This document shows, in pieces, positions 20,122 to 30,194 of a stretch of 64,000 nucleotides of DNA. The notes below the pieces were generated by a model. That model searched no databases. It was not told the origin of the DNA and saw only the letters and a list, made by a program, of their open reading frames with translations. This stretch comes from Sedimentisphaerales bacterium (GTDB taxonomy: Bacteria; Planctomycetota; Phycisphaerae; Sedimentisphaerales; Anaerobacaceae): contig JAXGYC010000007.1 of the NCBI GenBank assembly GCA_040772485.1, forward strand, positions 640,001 through 704,000. Reading direction: 5' to 3'. Both the position numbers and the translations under genes were made by a program. The number at the start of each line of letters is the position of its first letter. Positions within the stretch are counted from its first letter, which is position 1.

Positions 20122-20171
20122 CGCGCCGCATTGCCAACCGGAGCGTTCGGCCTGCGAACGCCGCAACTATC

Positions 20172-20202
20172 AAGGGGCTGCAAGCACCACTTGCGGCCCC
20201 TT
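20172..20202 (+). terminator. Putative terminator hairpin
   Basis: AAGGGGCTGCAAG-cacca-CTTGCGGCCCCTT, weak U tail. Confidence 0.45.
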
Positions 20203-20333
20203 CTACTATGCGCCCACATCTCCCTTCGACCACGCGAGAGGCGGATTGATGTGGCGGCCGGATCGTGATAGGATTCGGGGGCGGCCCGATTGAGGCTGCG
20301 GCAAACACAGGGCTCAGACAACGGGAGGTGACC

Positions 20334-22316
20334 ATGCGTTCGAGCATGAAACAGCGGTGGATTCTGGCGGGTTCCCTGATTTGCCTCGGCGCAGCGATCG
20401 CCTCGGGGGCAACGGTGCCGCTGGGCGAACTGGACCTGACGAAGATGTCCACCGGTTGGGGCAAGCCCCAGGTCAACAAGAGCATCACCGCCCGGACGCT
20501 GTCGATCGGCGGGCACACATTCGAGACGGGCGTGGCGACGCACGCCGAATCGATCTGCTACATCGCCCTGGACGGCAAGACCGAGCGGTTCACCGCCTGG
20601 GTGGGCGTCGACGACGCCACCGGACTTCGCGGCTCGGTGCGGTTTAAGGTCTTCGGCGACGGCAAGGTGCTGTTTGACAGCAGCCTGATGACCGGCAACG
20701 ACGAGGCCAAACGCGTCGACGTCTCGCTGGCAGGCGTGACGCAGATGATCCTGCTGGTCAGCTCCGGCGGCGACGGCGTCGACTACGACCACGCCGACTG
20801 GGCGGGCGCCGAGTTCATCGTGGGCGGCGACAAGCCCCAGACGCTCGATGCGCCGAAACCCCCTGCCGAGGAGAAGGTGCTGCTGACGCCCAAGCCGGGC
20901 CCGGCGCCGCAGATCAACGGACCGAAGGTCTATGGCTGCCGGCCGGAACATCCGTTCCTCTATCGCATCCCCTGCACGGGCGCGCGGCCGATCGCGTTCA
21001 CCGCCGCCGGACTACCCGAGACGCTGCGGCTCGACGCCAGCACGGGAATCATCACGGGCGCTGTCCCTGCCGAGCGCCGTGAATACGTCGTGACATTCGA
21101 AGCGAAGAACAGCCACGGCAGCGACCGACGCACCTTCGCGATCGTCGTCGGCGACACGCTGGCGTTGACTCCTCCGATGGGCTGGAACAGTTGGTACATC
21201 CACTACTATCACGTCGCCGAGGAGCACATGCGAAACGCGGCCGACGTCATGGTCCGCTCGGGCATGGCCGACTACGGATACAGCTACGTCAACATCGACG
21301 ACTGCTGGATGAAGAAGCGCGGCGATGAGCCCTACCGTGACGCCGACGGCGCGATCCTGCCCAACGCCAAGTTCCCCGACATCCAGGGCATGGTCGAGCA
21401 CATCCACAGCAAGGGCCTCAAGGCGGGCCTCTACACCGGGCCGGGGCCGTGGACCTGCGCCGGGTATGTCGCCAGCTACGAGCACGAGCGGGTGGACGCC
21501 GAGAAGTTCGCCGAGTGGGGGTTCGACTTCCTCAAGCACGACTGGTGCTCGTACAGCGCGGTCGCCGGCGGGACGGATATGGAGCACCTGAAGCGGCCGT
21601 ATCAGTTGATGGGCGACATCCTCAAGAGCGTGGACCGGGACATCATCCTGAACCTGTGCCAGTACGGCATGGGCAACGTCTGGACCTGGGGCGGCGAGGT
21701 CGGCGGGCACTGCTGGCGCACCACGGGCGACCTGGGTCTCGAACAAGGCGGGCTGCTGCCCGGCTTCTATCAGATCGGCCTGAGCAACGCCCGGCACTAT
21801 GAGTACGCCCGGCCGGGACAGTGGAACGACCCGGACTACATCCTCATCGGGCACATCGGCAACGCCCACCAGCACGATGAACCGCCCAAGCTCACGACGC
21901 TGACGCCGAGCGAGCAGTACAGCTACATGTCGATGTGGTGCCTGATGGCCGCCCCGCTGTTCTACTCAGGCGACATGCGTTATCTCGACGAATTCACCCT
22001 GAATGTGCTATGCAATGCCGAGGTGATCGACGTCGATCAGGACCCGCTGGGCATCCAGGCCAGGCCGCTGGTGCAGGACGACGAGACGCTGATCCTGGCC
22101 AAGGCGATGGCCGACGGCTCGCTGGCGGTGGGCCTGTTCAACCTGGCCGAGCTGCCGCGCGAGATGTCGGTGGACTGGTCGCTGCTGGGCCTGTCGGGCA
22201 AACGGCTCGTGCGGGATCTCTGGCGGCAGAAGGATCTGGGCACGTACGACGGCCGGTTTACCGCCAACGTATCGCGCCACGGCGTGGCCCTGGTCCGCCT
22301 GATTCCCCAGCCATAG
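20334..22316 (+). CDS. Secreted GH27 alpha-galactosidase-like protein with NPCBM and Ig domains
   Basis: TPPMGWNSW, YVNIDDCW, DFLKHDWC, WRTTGD, WNDPD; NPCBM motifs GVATHAES and DHADWA. Confidence 0.9.
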   Translation: MRSSMKQRWILAGSLICLGAAIASGATVPLGELDLTKMSTGWGKPQVNKSITARTLSIGGHTFETGVATHAESICYIALDGKTERFTAWVGVDDATGLRGSVRFKVFGDGKVLFDSSLMTGNDEAKRVDVSLAGVTQMILLVSSGGDGVDYDHADWAGAEFIVGGDKPQTLDAPKPPAEEKVLLTPKPGPAPQINGPKVYGCRPEHPFLYRIPCTGARPIAFTAAGLPETLRLDASTGIITGAVPAERREYVVTFEAKNSHGSDRRTFAIVVGDTLALTPPMGWNSWYIHYYHVAEEHMRNAADVMVRSGMADYGYSYVNIDDCWMKKRGDEPYRDADGAILPNAKFPDIQGMVEHIHSKGLKAGLYTGPGPWTCAGYVASYEHERVDAEKFAEWGFDFLKHDWCSYSAVAGGTDMEHLKRPYQLMGDILKSVDRDIILNLCQYGMGNVWTWGGEVGGHCWRTTGDLGLEQGGLLPGFYQIGLSNARHYEYARPGQWNDPDYILIGHIGNAHQHDEPPKLTTLTPSEQYSYMSMWCLMAAPLFYSGDMRYLDEFTLNVLCNAEVIDVDQDPLGIQARPLVQDDETLILAKAMADGSLAVGLFNLAELPREMSVDWSLLGLSGKRLVRDLWRQKDLGTYDGRFTANVSRHGVALVRLIPQP

Positions 22317-22357
22317 TGCGTACCGGCATCCGTGCGAGTGAAAGCATCCTGGCCCAT

Positions 22358-22476
22358 GTGTGGCAGCCTCAAGCCCGAAGGGCTTGGGGATGGTGGACCT
22401 GTCCACCACACGCATCCCAGGGGCTCATCGATGTGGATAACCATCCCCAACTCCTGCGGAGTTGAGGCTGCCACAC
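22358..22476. repeat. REP-doublet (REPIN-like) inverted repeat
   Basis: GTGTGGCAGCCTCAA-hairpin-TTGGGGATGGT ... ACCATCCCCAA-hairpin-TTGAGGCTGCCACAC. Confidence 0.85.
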
Positions 22477-22649
22477 GAGACGGCGATATTTCTTGCAGCA
22501 GGCCCCGTTCTGCCGATAGAATGGTGGATGCCGCGATGCAACGCGATCAGGCACCCTGACTGGCATACCATACCGGGTGCGCCCGGAGACGAGTGTGAAG
22601 AGACGATAGGTCTGGGTAAGCACTTCCCGAGAACGTGGAGGACCATGTC

Positions 22650-23504
22650 ATGCGGAAGTCGAAGGCGTTCACACTGATCGAACTGCTGGTCGTCATCGCC
22701 GTGATCGCCGTGCTGATGGGGATCCTGATGCCGGCGCTGAGCAAGGCCCGCGAGCTGGCCCAGGGCGCCGCCTGCAAGGGCAACCTGAAGAACTACACCA
22801 TCGGCATGGCGATGTATCTCGACGACAACGACCGCAAGTTCTGCATGCCCGAGATGTGCTACTTCTCCAAGCTCACCGCCTTCCCGGGCGAGTCGTATCT
22901 GTCGGACCATCTGCATATGCGCTGGTGCAACGGCGACGTCGAGCTGAAGAGTCACCCCGAGTGCGGCGGAATGATGGCCCGGTACATCGCCGATGCCCGC
23001 GCGTGCATCTGTCCGACCTTCAAGAACCTGGCGGTGCGTCACAGCGACGACCAGTTCTTCCTGGCCTACGGCAACAACATCAAGAACTACGAGCCCTGGT
23101 ACAACTACACGATGAACGCCTACCTGGGCAGCGCCAACGCCGACGTCAAAGAGAGTCGCGTCCTCAAGGACACGGACGTCAAGCACCCGGCGACGACGTT
23201 CTCCTTCACGGAGGAGAGCGCTCGCGTGGATACGGCGTACAACGCCTCGGGGCTCAACGACACGTTCATGATCCCGGGCAGCGATTCGATGATCAAGGGC
23301 TGGCTCAGTCAGGTCGGAGGCAATGTGCGGGAGGTCATCCCGGGACCCGAGGGGGTTGGGCAGTTCTACGACGTGATCGCCGGCTTCCACCACGCCCCTT
23401 CGGGCGACAAGCTGGGCGGACGTGGCAACTGCGCGTTCCTCGATGGGCACGTCGAGGCCTTCTCCCGCGCTGAGACGTTTTACTACGCCTATCCGAAGAA
23501 ATGA
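22650..23504 (+). CDS. Prepilin-type DUF1559-like protein
   Basis: [34 protein letters not shown]. Confidence 0.9.
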   Translation: MRKSKAFTLIELLVVIAVIAVLMGILMPALSKARELAQGAACKGNLKNYTIGMAMYLDDNDRKFCMPEMCYFSKLTAFPGESYLSDHLHMRWCNGDVELKSHPECGGMMARYIADARACICPTFKNLAVRHSDDQFFLAYGNNIKNYEPWYNYTMNAYLGSANADVKESRVLKDTDVKHPATTFSFTEESARVDTAYNASGLNDTFMIPGSDSMIKGWLSQVGGNVREVIPGPEGVGQFYDVIAGFHHAPSGDKLGGRGNCAFLDGHVEAFSRAETFYYAYPKK

Positions 23505-23519
23505 CGACGCTGGCGCGTC

Positions 23520-23671
23520 AAATCCGAAATCCGAAACACGAAACCCGAAACAAATTCGAAGGCACCAAGCCTCAAATCCAAAACAGGCTTTGGCGCAGTG
23601 TCAGCGTTCTGTTCATTGGAGTGTGCGGATTTCGGGCTTGTTTCGGGTTTCGTATTTCGTGTTTCGAATTT
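23520..23671. repeat. Inverted pair of AAA(T/C)(C/A)CG heptamer arrays between convergent genes
   Basis: Left AAATCCG AAATCCG AAACACG AAACCCG AAAC AAATTCG; right CGGATTT CGGGCTT GTTT CGGGTTT CGTATTT CGTGTTT CGAATTT. Confidence 0.9.
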
Positions 23672-23675
23672 CCGT

Positions 23676-26600
23676 TCAGTCATCGTAGCCGGGCGAGCCG
23701 CCGGGTTCGGCGCTGGCGCGCCAGGCCCCCTTCTTGTCGAGCGTGGCCGAATCGGCCGCGGCAGGATCGACCACGGTCAGCGAGTACCCCTCGCCATCGG
23801 TGAGGTCGTACCACCCGTCCTTGTAGCGGAACGCGAGAATCGTCTGCCCCGCCGCATCCTGCAACTCGATGCGCTCGCCCGCGTTGTTCAGACTGCCTTC
23901 GTACTGGCCGACGACGGGCGACTGGTCCCCGTAGCGCGCCTCGAACGCTGCGATGTCCTTGACGACCAGGGCATACACGCCCGGGCCGAGAGTGACGTCG
24001 CCGAAGGTGAAGTCGATCCCGTTCGTGAAGCGCACAAGATTGAGATTGATCGGCTGAGAGCCGATGTTGAGCAGCTCGATGTATTCGGCGTTCGGATCGA
24101 TAGGATGATACATGATCTCGCTGATCCGCAGGCTCTCGGCCACCGGACCGACGGCGTAGACTGCCTCGTTCAGTGCGCTCCAGGTGTTGCCGCTCTGGGC
24201 TCTGGCGCGGACCATCGCGCTAGCGTCCAGCCGGATCGGGCCGGCGTAGCGGACCGCCGTCGCCGCGACGCCGCTCGCGATGTTTGCCCCTCCCTGGGAC
24301 GCGGCCAGCTCGACCGAGATCAGAAAGTCGGAGCTGTTGGCGCCTGCGTTGAGCCCCTGGATCGCCAGGAGGTTGCGGCCCAGGTGGAGCCGGCTGATAT
24401 GGCTGGAGAGATCGAACCTCTCGAATTCGATCGCGTCGAGGTCGGAATGGTTGTCGGTGGCGCCGGAGTTCCAGGCGGGCATCCCTTCGAACATGACGCG
24501 CTGGACTTCGACGCCGTTGAGATAGGCGATGAAGCCGTCGTCGTACCGCGCCTTGAGCGTCAGGCCGCCGGCGTATTGCAGCCCCTCAGGAGTGACGTCG
24601 AACGGAATGCGGATGTAGCAGCTCTCGTTGCGGTTGTACATCTGGGTCTGGACGTCGATGTCGAAGAACGCCTCGTAGCCGGTGCTGCGTTCGAAGCCGA
24701 CGCCGCCGGAACCGGCGATCCAACCCGAATCGTCGAAGTCCACCTCGCTGCGCCAGGCGCTGCCGATGTCCGCGGTGGGGACGAACGCTCGCTTGGCCGC
24801 CGCTTCCGGCACCAGAATCAGCTCCGCGCCCGTGCTGCCGCCGACGCCGGGCCGGCGAGGATCGCTGCCGTCGAGCGTGTACCAGACCGTCGGGGCGGCG
24901 GAGGTCATCGTGAGCTGTGAGCTCTCGGCAATGTGGTCACCATGTTGGTAGACGCCGTCGATGTGAAAGACCGGCGCCTCGACGCTCGGGTAGAGCCCCA
25001 GCGATCTGAACTGCGACAGCGCCACGTCGTTGCGGCGCGGGAAGTAGTTGTCGAGCAGGTTCTGACGCTCGTTGATCCAGAAATCGTTGCGGGTGTACAG
25101 GTAATACGGTCCCGAGCTGTAGGAGTGCATGTCGCGGCGATAGTCGCCCCAGCGGGCGGACTCGGCGATGACCGCCGCGTCGATCTCGTCGGCGCGCCGA
25201 GTCCATCGCGCGACGTTGCGCTCGGTCGCCAGGGCGCCGCCGTTGAACAGGTGCTTGTGCACGTGGTCGCCGAAGCGGACGCGGAACTCCTCGATTTGCA
25301 GGAGCGAGCGATACATGCCGGTCGGGTCCGACGAAGGACTGGTGCCGGTCTGGTTGCGATTGACCAGGACCTGTTCGCCGTCCCAGCTATAGAAGCGCCA
25401 GGGTCTGGCGTCGGGGCCGCCTCCGGCGGCGCGCCAGTTGCCATCGTTCTTGAGATCGACGTTGCCCGCGAACAGGTTCAGGAGCGTGAAGTCGATGAAG
25501 TTGTCGATATCGATCACTTCGCAGATGCGGGCCCAATCCCCGCCGGCGGCGATGCTCCTGGCCTGCTGCCAGGCCTGGGCGGTGCCGTCGGTCGCCCGGC
25601 CCCCATTGATCGAATCGATTCGATCGGGGTCGCCTCCGTTGTAGGCGGCGTAGTGCGAGTTAACCGGCCGCTCCTGGACCAGATAGAGGCCCCAGTAGAT
25701 CCCGTTGAGGTAGAGGTGGACATAGAACCCTCGACCGGCGTCGGCCTGGCCCATCTCCAGCAGCGAGTCGCGCATCCACTGGTCGCGAATGTACTGCGTG
25801 CGCTGGCGCTGACCGGGGTCCCAGTGCGTCCAGGCATTGTTAAAGAAGCCGCGCAACTGGAGCGAATCGAAGGTCTCCACCGGGCTGCCGTCAAACAACG
25901 GGAACTGGAGCTTCGACGAGCCGTAATCGCCGCGAAAGCGGAGGCTGAAGCTGTGCTTGGGACACTTGGGCGGGTTGCGGCTCTCGCCGCCCTGAATGCG
26001 CAGGCCGCAATCGATCTGGAACTCCTTGGCGCCGTCAATGCTGAACAGCTCCGCGGACACGGGCCGTTCCCAGTCTTGGCCGCCGGTGCTGCCGTGGCCG
26101 GTGTAGATGTAGATGCCGCCGGTCTCGGCATCCTTGGTCTTGCTGAAGAGATGGTCCTTGTCGGTCGCCAGAGACAACGTCGGGACCGCCAGCAGCGCAT
26201 CGTCCATGACGTCGGCATATGCGGGGCTGTCGTAGATCTCCGGGTCCATCTCGTAGTCGGCCGGGTAGGAGCCGAACCACGTGCTCGGATAGCCTCGCGC
26301 TAGCACCTCGGACTGCGAGCGCCTCGCCGCGTCAGCCGGGAAGATGTACGTGTGTGTGTCGGCGTTGCTGGGCAGCCACTGCAGCTTGACCGCCTGGGCC
26401 CGCAGGCAGGTGGTCCCGGTGATCCGGATCGGACCGGCGTAGACGCTGCCGGCGGGAACCTGCCGGCTCACCGAATACGGGGCGCTGCCGTCGAGGGTGT
26501 AGTAGATGGTCGCGCCGGGCGTCTCGCACGTGATCGTTACGTCAAATGGCGTATCGTAAAAGCCGCGATCATGGCTGAACTTCGTGTCGGCCACGAGGCC

Positions 26601-27155
26601 TTCGTACAGACCGCTGTTGCGCGAGCCGGGCGTCGGCGCCAACAGGAAGCCGTACGCGCCCGTGCCGTCGGGCGAGCGGCCGTAGGAAATGTCGGTCCTC
26701 TGTCTTTCAAACGTGACGCTGTCGATCAGCGTGGTCCCGTCGGGAGCGAACAGCGCGAGGCTGTCGCCGTCGGAATCGAGCGCAAACGATGCATGCAGTC
26801 CGCTGTCGGCCGTGTGGCCGTCGAGCCAGACGACGAGGTATCCCCCGGCCGGAACGCTTGCCGGCTGCGAGACGCCGGCCGGAAACTGCCACTTCGTCGG
26901 TTCGCCAAGGTCGTCCGTGAGGTACATCCGCCCCAGATCGATGGGCGCATCGCTGTAGTTGTGGATCTCGACCCAGTCGTCGTACTGCCCCTGAGGGTCG
27001 GCCTTGGTGCTGCTGTTGGCCGCCATCAGCTCGTTGATCGCCAGCGGCAGACCCGCTCCCCGGGCCGTAGGGTTCGTCGAGGCGAGACAGACGCCCAGAA
27101 AGAAAGAGACCAGCACAAAACGGACAAGCCGGCGGGGTTCACGCGTCATACTCAT
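23676..27155 (-). CDS. Secreted lamin-tail-domain / CHB_HEX_C / CotH kinase-like protein
   Basis: LAINELMAAN..DWVEIHN; IYYTLDGS; VHLYLNGIYWGLY, FYSWDGE, IAESARWGD; LRISEIMYHP..EYIEL. Confidence 0.85.
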   Translation of the reverse strand: MSMTREPRRLVRFVLVSFFLGVCLASTNPTARGAGLPLAINELMAANSSTKADPQGQYDDWVEIHNYSDAPIDLGRMYLTDDLGEPTKWQFPAGVSQPASVPAGGYLVVWLDGHTADSGLHASFALDSDGDSLALFAPDGTTLIDSVTFERQRTDISYGRSPDGTGAYGFLLAPTPGSRNSGLYEGLVADTKFSHDRGFYDTPFDVTITCETPGATIYYTLDGSAPYSVSRQVPAGSVYAGPIRITGTTCLRAQAVKLQWLPSNADTHTYIFPADAARRSQSEVLARGYPSTWFGSYPADYEMDPEIYDSPAYADVMDDALLAVPTLSLATDKDHLFSKTKDAETGGIYIYTGHGSTGGQDWERPVSAELFSIDGAKEFQIDCGLRIQGGESRNPPKCPKHSFSLRFRGDYGSSKLQFPLFDGSPVETFDSLQLRGFFNNAWTHWDPGQRQRTQYIRDQWMRDSLLEMGQADAGRGFYVHLYLNGIYWGLYLVQERPVNSHYAAYNGGDPDRIDSINGGRATDGTAQAWQQARSIAAGGDWARICEVIDIDNFIDFTLLNLFAGNVDLKNDGNWRAAGGGPDARPWRFYSWDGEQVLVNRNQTGTSPSSDPTGMYRSLLQIEEFRVRFGDHVHKHLFNGGALATERNVARWTRRADEIDAAVIAESARWGDYRRDMHSYSSGPYYLYTRNDFWINERQNLLDNYFPRRNDVALSQFRSLGLYPSVEAPVFHIDGVYQHGDHIAESSQLTMTSAAPTVWYTLDGSDPRRPGVGGSTGAELILVPEAAAKRAFVPTADIGSAWRSEVDFDDSGWIAGSGGVGFERSTGYEAFFDIDVQTQMYNRNESCYIRIPFDVTPEGLQYAGGLTLKARYDDGFIAYLNGVEVQRVMFEGMPAWNSGATDNHSDLDAIEFERFDLSSHISRLHLGRNLLAIQGLNAGANSSDFLISVELAASQGGANIASGVAATAVRYAGPIRLDASAMVRARAQSGNTWSALNEAVYAVGPVAESLRISEIMYHPIDPNAEYIELLNIGSQPINLNLVRFTNGIDFTFGDVTLGPGVYALVVKDIAAFEARYGDQSPVVGQYEGSLNNAGERIELQDAAGQTILAFRYKDGWYDLTDGEGYSLTVVDPAAADSATLDKKGAWRASAEPGGSPGYDD

Positions 27156-27453
27156 TCCTCACTCCCGACAATCCAAGCGATGACAGGCGTACAAGTACGC
27201 TGGTGTTGCAGGATCCGGGACCCTTGTCGATCCCGATGGACCTCGCGACTCCGCCCGCCGTGAAGGCACATTCGCCCATGCGCATCTGATCGTATTTTAC
27301 CATTCGCCGCACAAAAATCAACGCTATTTGCCCTTCCCGGCCGCTCCGGGATACTGCCGACGCCTTGCCAGGGACGGCCCGAACTGTTACGATCCGCCAT
27401 GCCATCGTGGCCTTGACGCCAAGGCCGTCGATAGAGTCCGGGAGAACGTCGTC

Positions 27454-28500
27454 ATGGCAGTGGTTCGCGCTCCAGCCAATCCGATCCTCACCCCGCAGGA
27501 TGTGGCGCCGTCGCGTGACGGCTTCGAGGTTATCGGCGCCTTCAACCCCGCCGTGGCCCGCTATCGCGACGAGGCCGTCCTGCTGGTGCGCGTGGCCGAG
27601 CGTCCGGTCCAGACCGATCCGGAGGTCGTGCAGACCGCGTTTCTGGACCCGATCCGAGGCCGGATCGTCACCATGGCGTTCGCCCGATCCGATCCGGCCA
27701 ACGATTTCTCCGACCCCCGCCTGATCGTTCGCCAGGGCCGAACATACCTGACCTCGATATCGCATCTGCGCGTCGCCCGCAGCAGGGATGGCATCCACTT
27801 CACCATCGATGCGCGTCCCGCCCTCGCGGCGGCCGACGCCTGCGAGAGCTTCGGCGTCGAGGACCCGAGGATCACGCGCATCGGCGAGACCTTCTACATC
27901 AGCTACGTCGCGGTCTCGCCTGTGGGCGTGACGACGGCGCTGGCGTCGACGGCGGACTTCGTGACATTCGAGCGTCACGGCATCCTCTTCGGCCCGGAGA
28001 ACAAGGACGTCGTGCTCTTTCCGGAGGCAGTCGACGGGCGGTACTACGCGCTGCATCGGCCCCACTCGCCGCTGTGCCACACCAACGACATGTGGATCGC
28101 CGAGTCGCCCGACCTGCTCTGCTGGGGTCGCCATCGTCACCTGATGGGCCTGCGCGACGGGTTCTGGGACGAGACCCGCATCGGGGCCGGCGCACCGCCG
28201 ATTCGCGTCGATGAGGGCTGGCTGGAGGTCTACCACGGCGCCGACCGTAACCATCGCTACTGCCTTGGCGCGGTCCTGCTCGACGCCCGCGAGCCCTGGA
28301 AGGTGCGGGCCCGCTCGGCACGGCCGGTCTTCGAACCGCAGGCCGAGTATGAGCGCGCCGGCTTCTTCGGCCAGGTGGTTTTCACCTGCGGTCTGCTCTT
28401 GGAACGCAGGACCCTGAGGGTCTACTATGGCGCCGCGGACACGACGGTCTGCTGCGCCGAGATTCCGCTCGACGACGTGCGCGCGTCGCTGCGGTCCTGA
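27454..28500 (+). CDS. Glycoside hydrolase family 130 (beta-mannoside phosphorylase-like)
   Basis: GAFNPAV, YLTSISHLR, GVEDPRIT, NKDVVLFP, ALHRP, EGWLEVYHG, VYYGAAD. Confidence 0.9.
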   Translation: MAVVRAPANPILTPQDVAPSRDGFEVIGAFNPAVARYRDEAVLLVRVAERPVQTDPEVVQTAFLDPIRGRIVTMAFARSDPANDFSDPRLIVRQGRTYLTSISHLRVARSRDGIHFTIDARPALAAADACESFGVEDPRITRIGETFYISYVAVSPVGVTTALASTADFVTFERHGILFGPENKDVVLFPEAVDGRYYALHRPHSPLCHTNDMWIAESPDLLCWGRHRHLMGLRDGFWDETRIGAGAPPIRVDEGWLEVYHGADRNHRYCLGAVLLDAREPWKVRARSARPVFEPQAEYERAGFFGQVVFTCGLLLERRTLRVYYGAADTTVCCAEIPLDDVRASLRS

Positions 28501-28626
28501 ATCACAATCCCGCCCGATTCCAGGTCGAAACACGCACCACGTCATTGCCTTCGGCGTCGCCATCGAGTATGATAGAATATGAGGTGATGGCCCGACAGTG
28601 CGATTGAGTGAGATGGATGGCGAGTG

Positions 28627-29754
28627 ATGATTATACCCTGGTGTGTTGATGTCCCCCAAGACCGATGGCCGGTGGTCAACTGGCTGATCATCGCCACAGC
28701 AGTGTGTGTTTTCGTCCTCCAGATTGCCGAGGCCGTTGAGGCGCGTCCCGACGCGGCCGCTGGGGCAGGCGCGCAGGCCATTGGCGGCATCGTGGGCGCT
28801 TTGATGCTGAACGGCTGGGGTCTCAGAGGACTCCTGGGGCACATGTGGGTTCATGGGGGCTTGCTCCATCTGCTCGGCAACATGTGGTTTCTCTGGATCT
28901 TCGGCAATGCCGTGTGCGCCAAGGTCGGCAATTTCCGTTACCTCCTTCTGTATGTCCTCCTGGGTGTCGCCGCCGGCGCCACTCACCTGCTGTTCGATTC
29001 GGATCCGGCCATCGGGGCCAGCGGCGCCATCAACGGCGTGGTCGGGATGTATCTGGTCCTGTTTTACGAGAATGGCATCACCTGCTACTGGGCGCCGATT
29101 CTCATCTACTGGCGTCAGTTCACGGTGAGCAGTTTCTGGATGATCCTGATGTGGCTGATCTTCGACATTTACGGTGCCGCTCGAGGCGGTTCCGGCGTGG
29201 CCTACTTCGCCCATCTCGGAGGTTTCGGCGCGGGCTTTGGCGTCGCCCTGTACATGTGCATGAAGGGCTGGATCACGATGGAGCGTTACGAGAAGTCCCT
29301 GTGGCAGTGGTGGCAGCAGCGCAAGGGCAGCCCTCCGGAGACGTCTCTCGAAGCGGCCTTCCGCGCGGCGCGGCAGGAGGCATCGTTGCCGGCGTCTCCG
29401 GAACCGCTGTCACCGGCGCGGCCGCTCAAATCGGTTCCGCTGCTTTCCTTGAACGAGCGGCCGGCGCCGTCGGACGGCCGATGGCACGTGACATGCGTCT
29501 GCGGCAAGTCCCTGCGCCTGTCGCGACAATACGCCGGCCAGACGGTGCGTTGTCCGGCCTGTGGAGCGGAGCTGACCGTCGGGCGTGACAGGCCGTCGGC
29601 CTCGCAGGGCGACGTGGTGACACCCGACGACGGCTTCATTCGCTTTGTCTGCACGTGCGGAAGAAGGATGAAGGTCCCGTCACGCTATGCCGGCCGGTCG
29701 GGCAAGTGTCCCCGGTGCGGTGTTCGTGTGACAATCCCGCGCGCCAGTCTGTGA
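28627..29754 (+). CDS. Rhomboid intramembrane protease with C-terminal double zinc ribbon
   Basis: HGGLLHLLGNMWFLWIFG, IGASGA, AHLGG; two CxCG...CPxCG modules. Confidence 0.88.
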   Translation: MIIPWCVDVPQDRWPVVNWLIIATAVCVFVLQIAEAVEARPDAAAGAGAQAIGGIVGALMLNGWGLRGLLGHMWVHGGLLHLLGNMWFLWIFGNAVCAKVGNFRYLLLYVLLGVAAGATHLLFDSDPAIGASGAINGVVGMYLVLFYENGITCYWAPILIYWRQFTVSSFWMILMWLIFDIYGAARGGSGVAYFAHLGGFGAGFGVALYMCMKGWITMERYEKSLWQWWQQRKGSPPETSLEAAFRAARQEASLPASPEPLSPARPLKSVPLLSLNERPAPSDGRWHVTCVCGKSLRLSRQYAGQTVRCPACGAELTVGRDRPSASQGDVVTPDDGFIRFVCTCGRRMKVPSRYAGRSGKCPRCGVRVTIPRASL

Positions 29755-30194
29755 CACCGGCGGTCCGGCCGACGCAGGCAAGTCCAAACACCATGCCAAT
29801 CGGCCGAGCGCCAGGTTGGATTTCGGAAAGACAACTCGCACGCAGACAACCTCCCCATTCCCCCCAGCCTTCCTGTATCAGAATAAGTATTTTCCTCAAT
29901 AGTTTTCGTTGCAGGGCGTCCTATATTCTCCTTATATTCCTTTCGGATGGGGTGGTGATGAATACACGTGTGGTTTACTCCGCGTACAGCGTCTGAACGT
30001 AGACGTGATGCGGACACGGAGGCTGTGGGGATGAGGGAAGTCCGTCCAGGTTGAGGTCTACCTGGACGGGGCAATCGGGAGACCTTGTGATGGGTGGGAG
30101 AAACCCGGAGAAAGGAGGTGCCTGGAGGTTCCACGGATACAAGGTAAGCTGACGGTTTCCACAGAGTCACACACGGAGTGTAAGGAGACACAAG

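Noticed and set aside
23489..23803. Short ORFs such as 23501-23803 and 23489-23683
   Set aside because: They are translations of the heptamer repeat element and overlap real genes.
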